A stretch of DNA of 32,000 nucleotides from Acaryochloris marina S15 (GTDB lineage Bacteria > Cyanobacteriota > Cyanobacteriia > Thermosynechococcales > Thermosynechococcaceae): assembly GCF_018336915.1 (NCBI RefSeq), contig NZ_CP064923.1, forward strand, positions 660,001 through 692,000. Reading direction: 5' to 3'. The notes under the pieces are model-generated. The model was not told the DNA's origin, ran no database searches, and saw only the letters and a list, made by a program, of their open reading frames with translations. The stretch's first letter is position 1, and each line of letters opens with the position of its first letter. Below, one piece after another: positions 25,886-32,000 of the stretch. The position numbers and the translations under genes were made by a program.

Positions 25886-26285
25886 TGGGCGGATCAACCG
25901 TTTGAGTGGCAAGATGTTTTGCGTACCACCATTGTTGTAATGGAGACGGTAGTCGATAGGTGTAGAGCGTCGTGACTAAGGGGGCGGCGCCCTGATAGCC
26001 CACCAGTTCGACACAGTATGATGGGTAGCGTTTCGCCGATAAATCAGCAATCAAGCGCCGCCCAATGCGACGCCAACTGGGTTCCTTGCCTCGCCATTGT
26101 AATCGGCAGCAGGGCCAAGGCAGCTTGTCTCGATCAAATAGTCGACAACAGGGACCGATCACGCGATAGCTAAACTGATTACCAGGACTTTGAAAAATAT
26201 ATCCCGTGGGCCAAGGATGATTGATGGAGATGCCGGTGATCTGGGCGGATGGTGGAGATGGAGGCATAGTCCCAGTGGTTGACAT
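25878..26285 (-). CDS. Hypothetical Trp/Cys/Arg-rich protein (coding status uncertain)
   Basis: It is the only long ORF in any frame across about 400 bp between the TPR gene and the PfkB gene, and is co-oriented with the upstream hemC/PfkB genes. No motif is recognised, and the composition (6 W, 5 C in 135 aa) is unusual. Confidence 0.4.
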   Translation of the reverse strand: MSTTGTMPPSPPSAQITGISINHPWPTGYIFQSPGNQFSYRVIGPCCRLFDRDKLPWPCCRLQWRGKEPSWRRIGRRLIADLSAKRYPSYCVELVGYQGAAPLVTTLYTYRLPSPLQQWWYAKHLATQTVDPPTT

Positions 26286-26309
26286 GAAAAAGTCCCCGTT
26301 TGGATGGCG

Positions 26310-27275
26310 CTAGGGTTGAGCTTGCAGAAAAGTGGCAACTTCATGAGCAGTGGGCTGGGCTGCGATTGCTCCTGCTTTAGTGGTTGTTAGAGCACCCACC
26401 GCACTGGCATAGGTCATCATAGCCTGAGCAGCCTGTACATCTGCAGGATGACCTTGAGTGAGCAGCTGGTGGATAAATCCAGCTACAAAGGCATCTCCTG
26501 CGCCAGTGGTATCTTGTACCTCAACAGTGAAGCCCGGACAAGTTCCATCTATATTTTGGAAGGAGTAAGCACATCCCTCTGCCCCCGCCGTAATAATAAT
26601 GCCCTGAACAGTGGGTAACCTCTTCATAATTGCTGTTGGATTCGTGGTGTTCCATAACCACAGTGCTTCTTCTTCAGCCAGTTTTAAATAATTTGCATCG
26701 GGCAAGAGCTGCAAAATAATCTGGCGGGCTTCATCTGGGTCGGCCCAAAATACGGGTCGCCAATTCACATCAATTAAGATTTGCACCTGATGCTGTTGGG
26801 CTAGATGGATGGATTGACGGACAGCCGCTGCCGATTGAGGATAGGCGAGTTCTAAGGTGCCCAGGATTAAATAGTCGGCACTGGTAAACAGGTCCACCGG
26901 CAGGTGATCGGCCTGCAATTGAGTATCAGCAAATGCAGCAGTGTCATAGGTGCCAAACCCCGCAAAAGTGCGATCTCCCTCTACCGTTCGGGTGACATAC
27001 ACCTGTCGAGTGGGGGCTTCAGCCGTTTGGATGCCTTGAGTATTAACGGTCGTTTGTTGCAACAGCTCAGTGAGTTGCCTGCCGGGTGCATCGTCGCCGA
27101 TACAGCCGATAAAGCCAGCGGATGTACCTAATTTAACCAATGCACAGGCCACATTAGCCGGTGCCCCACCCGGATAAGGGGTCCAAGAGGTAACGGATTC
27201 TAAGGCTCGACCGGGCTGATCCGCCAGACAGTCAAACAGAACTTCTCCCAGACATAACACTTGGGGATTAGACAT
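26310..27275 (-). CDS. PfkB-family carbohydrate kinase (fructokinase-like)
   Basis: MSNPQVLCLGEVLFDCLAD...GGAPANVA... and the C-terminal TTGAGDAFVAGF are the PfkB signatures. The ATG at 27275 is preceded by GGAG, so the 24-codon N-terminal extension in the track ORF is probably not translated. Confidence 0.85.
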   Translation of the reverse strand: MSNPQVLCLGEVLFDCLADQPGRALESVTSWTPYPGGAPANVACALVKLGTSAGFIGCIGDDAPGRQLTELLQQTTVNTQGIQTAEAPTRQVYVTRTVEGDRTFAGFGTYDTAAFADTQLQADHLPVDLFTSADYLILGTLELAYPQSAAAVRQSIHLAQQHQVQILIDVNWRPVFWADPDEARQIILQLLPDANYLKLAEEEALWLWNTTNPTAIMKRLPTVQGIIITAGAEGCAYSFQNIDGTCPGFTVEVQDTTGAGDAFVAGFIHQLLTQGHPADVQAAQAMMTYASAVGALTTTKAGAIAAQPTAHEVATFLQAQP

Positions 27276-27400
27276 CCTGCAACTCCTCTCAGAACAGCCT
27301 GACTCCACTACCCTGAAGCGAAGAGACCTGCTTGCGCACCATGACAATTGCCAGAGGTCTCAAAGACTAGCTTGACGGAAAAGTGGGTGCTATCAGACTA

Positions 27401-28366
27401 TCAAAGATCTGAGGGACGGGCAGCGGCAAATATTTCCTCTAGAATCTCTTGGGCCCCTTGTTCCCGAACTTTCTGGGCCAGATCAACCCCTAATTGGGTG
27501 GCGCTAGCAATGGGGCCTGAAACCGTGTCTTTAATTAAACGTTTGCCATCTAAACTGGCCACCATACCCACGAGGGTTAGCTGTCCTTCATCCAGGGTGG
27601 TATTGACGCCGATGGGAACCTGGCAACCGCCTTCTAATTCATTTAGAAAGGAACGTTCGGCCGTACAGCGATGAGCTGAGGGCTCATGTTCTAAGGCTTT
27701 GATAAAGGCCATGATTTCTTCATCCCCTTCCCGGCATTCAATGCCTAAGGCACCTTGGCCGACGGCATGTAATGAAATTTCTGCAGGAATAACCTGATGG
27801 ATGCGGTCGCCAAAGCCTAGCCGCTGTAATCCAGCCACTGCTAAGATAATTCCATCATATTCACCCGAATCTAGCTTCTGAAGGCGGGTATTTAAGTTGC
27901 CGCGAATATCTTTGAATTCTAAATGGGGATAGTGATAACGGAGTTGGGCCAGCCGCCGTAGGGAGGACGTTCCAATCACAGCTCCTTTGGGTAAGGTATC
28001 AAGCTGATAGTCTTTAAAATTTTCATGGACGACTAGCGCATCCGCAGGATCAACCCGCTCTGTCACCACGCCTAGACAAAGACCTTCCGGTAAGTTGGTG
28101 GGTAAATCTTTGAGAGAATGCACTGCTAAATCGGTCTCTTTACGGAGCATAGATACCTCTAGCTCCTTCGTAAATAATCCCTTGTCTCCAATCTTGGCCA
28201 GAGCAACATCGAGGATATTGTCCCCTTGTGTGGACATGGTGCAAACTTCAAATTCGTAGTCAGGAAAATGTTTTTGTAATTCTCCTTGGACCCAGTGCGT
28301 TTGCACGAGAGCCAGTTGACTTTTCCGGGAACCAATCCGAATCACGCGAGGGCTGGAGGCAGACAT
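27401..28366 (-). CDS. hemC: Hydroxymethylbilane synthase (porphobilinogen deaminase)
   Basis: 321-aa ORF with [43 protein letters not shown], and the cofactor-binding Cys in [10 protein letters not shown]. Confidence 0.95.
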   Translation of the reverse strand: MSASSPRVIRIGSRKSQLALVQTHWVQGELQKHFPDYEFEVCTMSTQGDNILDVALAKIGDKGLFTKELEVSMLRKETDLAVHSLKDLPTNLPEGLCLGVVTERVDPADALVVHENFKDYQLDTLPKGAVIGTSSLRRLAQLRYHYPHLEFKDIRGNLNTRLQKLDSGEYDGIILAVAGLQRLGFGDRIHQVIPAEISLHAVGQGALGIECREGDEEIMAFIKALEHEPSAHRCTAERSFLNELEGGCQVPIGVNTTLDEGQLTLVGMVASLDGKRLIKDTVSGPIASATQLGVDLAQKVREQGAQEILEEIFAAARPSDL

Positions 28367-28506
28367 AGAATCAAGTCGCTGTTAATTGCAGCGGTAAAGA
28401 TGAGCGTACCTCAACAGCTTACAGAATTGCGGCAGCACTCGAAAGAGAACTGCCTGCTTTGATGGTGAAACAGAAGTAATTTTTCTCAGTCAGGAATCCG
28501 AAGTCT

Positions 28507-30186
28507 TTAAGACTTATTCTTTCTGAGTTCAACTCGCTTTTTGAGTTCTGTAATCAAGGGTTGGACTCGCTCATATTCTTGAGTCGATCCTTGGCCTTGG
28601 TAGATTTTAGCGGCTTGCTGATAGTCCAATAAGGCTTCTTCGTATTGTCGGAGTGCTGAATGGACGAGGGCCCGGTTATTATAGGCGGTTGCATTCTCAG
28701 GATTATTCTCGATAGCTTGGGAATAATCCTTTAAGGCGGCTTCTCGATCGCCTTGAGAGGCATGGAGGTTGCCTCGGTTGGTATAGGCCGCTGCAAATTT
28801 TGGATCGAGTTTTAGCACTTGTGAGTAATCTGCGATCGCAGCTTCGTTTTGTCCTGCTGTGCTGTGGGCAATGCCTCGATTGTAGTAGGCCAAGGTATCT
28901 TCAGCATTGAAGGTAATGGCTTGGGTGAAATCTTGGATTGCAGCTTCAGTATCCCCCGCCTTTAAATGAGCAGTGCCTCGATTCTTATAGGCGGCTGCAT
29001 ATTTCGCATCCATTTGAATGGATGCCGTAAAATCTGCAATGGCGTCTTGGGAGTTCCCCTGGTTTAACTGGGCTAGGCCCCGGTTATATAAGGCTGCGGC
29101 ATATTTGGGATCTAATTCAATGGCTTTAGAATAGTCTGCTAGGGCTGTGGCATTATCCCCAGAATTGGTATAAGCCACGCCGCGATTAAAGTAGGCCAAA
29201 GCTGACTTGGGCTGGAATTTAATCACCTGCCCATAATCTTGGATGGCTGCCAGGTGATTGCCATTGGCGGCATGAGCGCGCCCCCGGTTGAGATAGGCTT
29301 CCGGATTCTTGGCATCTCGCTGCAATACCTGATTGTAGTCATTGAGAGCAGCTTGGTAATTTTGGGCCGCAGCAAATGCTAAGCCCCGATTTAAATAGAT
29401 TTTGGTTAACTCAACTTTTTTAGGGTTGAGTTGGATGACCTTGGTATAGTCTGCGATCGCAGACTGATTATTCCCCAAGACCGTATGGGCATACCCTCGA
29501 TTTACATAGGCTAGGGCATAGTTTTTATTCACCTGAATCGCTTTGTTGTAGTCCTGGATGGCGCCTTTGAAATTGCCTTTGCCATACTTCTCAACCCCTT
29601 GGCGTAAATGGACAAGTGCCTGCTGACTGCCTTTGCCTTGTTTGGCAGTTGCCTTGGGCTTAGCTGGCTGAGTTTTTTTGACAGCTTTCGGTGCGGCCTT
29701 TGGGGTGGGTTGGGCAACGGGCTTAGCTTTTGTGGGTGGCTTTGCCGTAGGTGCTTTGGGTGCTGTGGGTTGCGATGCCGGTTTGGCGGGGGCAATTTGC
29801 TCAGTTGGCTTAGCTTGAGTTGGCTTAGCTTCTGTTGGCTTAGCTTGAGCTGGCTTTACTTCTGTTTTTTCTGCTGAAGTCGAAGGTGTTGGAGATGTTG
29901 CGGGTGGTCCAGTCACTTTTCGGGGATCTGGGGTGCGAATTGGCCCAGGAGCCTTCTCAATAAATTCGTTGGGCAATGGCTCTAAAGAAGAGGGCTTGGC
30001 CGGAGTCTTTGAAGAGGGCGGCTGAGTTTTTGTGGAGTCTGAAGACGGTGTTGAAGTGGATGGGGCTTGTGCCTGGACTCTATCGAGAGTCACTCCGCTT
30101 ACTATTGCCAACCCCCAGAGCAGTAAGGTTGAGCCTAAAAGCTGTTTCTTTAGAAGGGTTGGAGTAAAGATAGAATGACGTGCCAT
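28507..30186 (-). CDS. Secreted TPR-repeat protein with Pro/Ala/Lys/Thr-rich N-terminal low-complexity region
   Basis: 559-aa ORF with a signal peptide (LLGSTLLLWGLAIVSGVTLDRVQA) and about 170 aa of P/A/K/T-rich sequence including KPAQAKPTEAKPTQAKPTE. This is followed by about 10 consecutive TPR units (A.YNRG.A......AI.DY..AI...P). Confidence 0.85.
   Translation of the reverse strand: MARHSIFTPTLLKKQLLGSTLLLWGLAIVSGVTLDRVQAQAPSTSTPSSDSTKTQPPSSKTPAKPSSLEPLPNEFIEKAPGPIRTPDPRKVTGPPATSPTPSTSAEKTEVKPAQAKPTEAKPTQAKPTEQIAPAKPASQPTAPKAPTAKPPTKAKPVAQPTPKAAPKAVKKTQPAKPKATAKQGKGSQQALVHLRQGVEKYGKGNFKGAIQDYNKAIQVNKNYALAYVNRGYAHTVLGNNQSAIADYTKVIQLNPKKVELTKIYLNRGLAFAAAQNYQAALNDYNQVLQRDAKNPEAYLNRGRAHAANGNHLAAIQDYGQVIKFQPKSALAYFNRGVAYTNSGDNATALADYSKAIELDPKYAAALYNRGLAQLNQGNSQDAIADFTASIQMDAKYAAAYKNRGTAHLKAGDTEAAIQDFTQAITFNAEDTLAYYNRGIAHSTAGQNEAAIADYSQVLKLDPKFAAAYTNRGNLHASQGDREAALKDYSQAIENNPENATAYNNRALVHSALRQYEEALLDYQQAAKIYQGQGSTQEYERVQPLITELKKRVELRKNKS
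29804..29863 (-). repeat. Four tandem 15-bp units inside the TPR gene, encoding KP[TA][EQ]A pentapeptides
   Basis: The plus-strand units are GTTGGCTTAGCTTGA (29804), GTTGGCTTAGCTTCT (29819), GTTGGCTTAGCTTGA (29834) and GCTGGCTTTACTTCT (29849). Confidence 0.85.
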
Positions 30187-30436
30187 TGCTCTAAAAATAA
30201 ACTAGCCAGCGAATATTCTGGCCCTACTATAGCGATATCTGAGTGAAATTACATGAGGAAGTCTTTTTTTCGTCTCAAATGACGTCCATGAGACTGTAGA
30301 GTGTTCAGGGGAATCAATTGAAACAATTCATTAAGCATGGGTTTCAAGGCTAAGGGTGGCTGTTCTTTGGGGCTGGTTAGCACATGCTGATATGGTTCAA
30401 AATAGAGCACCACATCACCAAAGGGATTTGCAAGCA

Positions 30437-31375
30437 ATGCGCATATTAATGATGGGCGGAACCCGGTTTATCGGCGTTTATCTCAGCCGGACCTTGGTGG
30501 AGCAGGGGCATGAAGTTGTGTTATTCAATCGTGGGAACCACTCGCCTGCAGTGGCAGGCTTAACCCAAATTCAGGGTGATCGCACGGATGCTGACCAACT
30601 ACAAGCCAAGCTAGCTCATGAGAAATTTGATGCCATTTTTGATAACAATGGTCGGAAATTATCAGATACTCAGCCCTTAGCTGCGCTCTTTAAGGATCAG
30701 GTTCAACACTTTATTTATATGAGTTCGGCGGGAGTCTATCTCAAATCGGATCAAATGCCCCATCGGGAAGACGATCCGACCGATCCGAAAAGTCGCCATC
30801 TCGGTAAAGCAGAAGCAGAGACCGATTTAGCTGCTCAAGGTTTGCCCTTCACATCGATTCGCCCTACCTATATCTATGGTCCCCAAAACTACAACGATGT
30901 AGAAGCTTGGTTTTTTGACCGGATTGTTCGCCAGCGCCCGATTCCGATTCCTGGCAACGGCCAACATATTACCCAGCTAGGGCATGTCCAAGACTTAGCC
31001 CTAGCAATGGCTGCGGTCCTAGGCAATACTCAAGCGATTGGCCAGATTTATAACGTCAGTGGTGATCGCTATGTCACTTTTGACGGTATTGCTAAAGCTT
31101 GTGCCTTAGCCGTTGGCCAGTCTCCTGATGACTTGAAACTGGTGCATTATGACCCTGCACAGTTTGATTTTGGCAAACGGAAAGCCTTTCCCATGCGTTT
31201 ACAGAACTTCTTCGCTGATATTCATAAGGTATGTGCAGATCTCGACTGGCACCCTCAATATGATCTGGTGAGTGGTCTACAAGATTCTTTTCAAAACGAT
31301 TATCTGACTAGCAAGCGGGATCAAGCGGATATTGATTTCTCGTTAGACGATCAAATCTTGGCAGCAGCGACCTGA
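30437..31375 (+). CDS. NAD-dependent epimerase/dehydratase family protein (SDR; CSP41-like size and N-terminus)
   Basis: MRILMMGGTRFIGVYL is a Rossmann GxxGxxG-type start, followed by the extended-SDR layout (SSAGVY, Y...K-type region). I chose the ATG at 30437 (312 aa) over the track start at 30356. The CSP41 resemblance is from memory only. Confidence 0.85.
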   Translation: MRILMMGGTRFIGVYLSRTLVEQGHEVVLFNRGNHSPAVAGLTQIQGDRTDADQLQAKLAHEKFDAIFDNNGRKLSDTQPLAALFKDQVQHFIYMSSAGVYLKSDQMPHREDDPTDPKSRHLGKAEAETDLAAQGLPFTSIRPTYIYGPQNYNDVEAWFFDRIVRQRPIPIPGNGQHITQLGHVQDLALAMAAVLGNTQAIGQIYNVSGDRYVTFDGIAKACALAVGQSPDDLKLVHYDPAQFDFGKRKAFPMRLQNFFADIHKVCADLDWHPQYDLVSGLQDSFQNDYLTSKRDQADIDFSLDDQILAAAT

Positions 31376-31389
31376 TTATATACAGCTAC

Positions 31390-31437
31390 TTCACACCTAA
31401 AAATTGAGGTGTCATATCATCAATTTTTAGGTGTGAA
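31390..31437. terminator. Perfect 18-bp inverted repeat between convergent genes (bidirectional terminator-like hairpin)
   Basis: TTCACACCTAAAAATTGA (31390-31407) / TCAATTTTTAGGTGTGAA (31420-31437) with a 12-nt loop. It lies 15 nt after the epimerase stop and 14 nt before the pfkA stop. No flanking U-tract on either strand. Confidence 0.45.
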
Positions 31438-31450
31438 AAGGCGAGTTGCC

Positions 31451-32000
31451 CTAGTCTCCTAGGTAGATGCCTAGCCCTCTGGCCGTTTTTACGAGTGTCC
31501 CAGTGGGATCGACGGCTCGGTAATGTGCGATCGCATCTTCAATCGGAACGCTCATAACCTGACGGTTTTGCCAAGTCACCATGTGATCAAAATGGCCTTC
31601 AGCAATCAGATCGACGGCCGCGACCCCAAATGCTGCCCCAATCAAGCGGTCGGAGGGAGATGGCATGCCGCCTCGCTGGACATGACCCAAAACGGTCACC
31701 CGTGTTTCGGCCACATGCCGGCTACAAATTTGTTCGGATAGATACTGGCCGATCCCACCCAGACGGCATTCGCCTAGTCCATCCGTATGAGTTAATGGGT
31801 CTCCGCCCTCAGTCCGCACAGCCTCAGCCACCACAATCAGAGAATAGTTTTTCCCCTTACTCTGACGTTCTTTGATTTTGGCGCAGACATTCTCAATGGT
31901 GTAGGGAATTTCAGGAATCAAGATGATATCAGCGCCTCCAGCAATACCAGCACTGATGGCAATATGTCCTGCATCTCGACCCATCACCTCCAGGATAATG
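31451..32000 (-). CDS. pfkA: ATP-dependent 6-phosphofructokinase, C-terminal part (gene continues beyond the right edge)
   Basis: Reading the reverse strand from the window edge gives IILEVMGRDAGHIAISAGIAGGADIILIPE...VTVLGHVQRGG.PS..DR..., the conserved PFK core motifs. The frame is open to position 32000. Confidence 0.9.
   Translation of the reverse strand, partial: IILEVMGRDAGHIAISAGIAGGADIILIPEIPYTIENVCAKIKERQSKGKNYSLIVVAEAVRTEGGDPLTHTDGLGECRLGGIGQYLSEQICSRHVAETRVTVLGHVQRGGMPSPSDRLIGAAFGVAAVDLIAEGHFDHMVTWQNRQVMSVPIEDAIAHYRAVDPTGTLVKTARGLGIYLGD

Noticed and set aside
29529-29877. 88- and 89-aa ORFs overlapping the low-complexity part of the large TPR gene
   Set aside because: They are alternative-frame or antisense artefacts of the P/A/K-codon repeat region.
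1-32000. Search for tRNA, rRNA, CRISPR arrays, transposases, integrases and phage structural genes
   Set aside because: I saw no cloverleaf-type T-arm (GGTTCGAATCC-like) signatures, no regularly spaced direct repeats, and no ORF with DDE transposase, tyrosine/serine recombinase or phage motifs. An eye scan is imperfect, so tRNAscan-SE, cmscan and ISfinder searches should confirm.

Overview
The window looks like a chromosomal segment of a cyanobacterium. The HIP1 octamer GCGATCGC occurs 11 times by my hand scan, against about 0.5 expected by chance. An efp-accB pair, a group-2-type sigma factor, COP23, pentapeptide-repeat, DUF1350-like and TPR genes fit that origin. Most of the window is ordinary core content: recR, mutY, a sigma-70 family factor, an Sfp-type PPTase, a flavin reductase, efp, accB, ahcY, a PfkB sugar kinase, hemC, an NAD-dependent epimerase and a partial pfkA. 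These are mixed with signalling genes: a Ser/Thr kinase, a CheY-like regulator, a REC-first hybrid histidine kinase and a 1023-aa PAS-GGDEF-EAL-FHA protein. I found no tRNA, rRNA, CRISPR array, transposase or integrase. The best candidate for something undescribed is a two-gene cassette at 9611-10683, between mutY and the sigma factor, flanked by the two longest AT-rich non-coding stretches in the window. Its genes overlap by ATGA and encode paralogous small proteins sharing an MP[FY] ... DFII.D.S..NPNV..ELG.A....KP.I.L core. From memory this core matches the nucleoside 2-deoxyribosyltransferase / deoxyribohydrolase / TIR-like Rossmannoid group, which includes effectors of nucleotide-centred conflict systems. 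That fold call and any defence role are inference and need profile or structure searches and experiments. Secondary observations are a c-di-GMP enzyme fused to an FHA domain with substituted phosphothreonine-contact residues plus a pseudo-receiver, a kinase-COP23 gene pair, and two gene-end hairpins sharing an ACCTAAAA/TTTTAGGT core.
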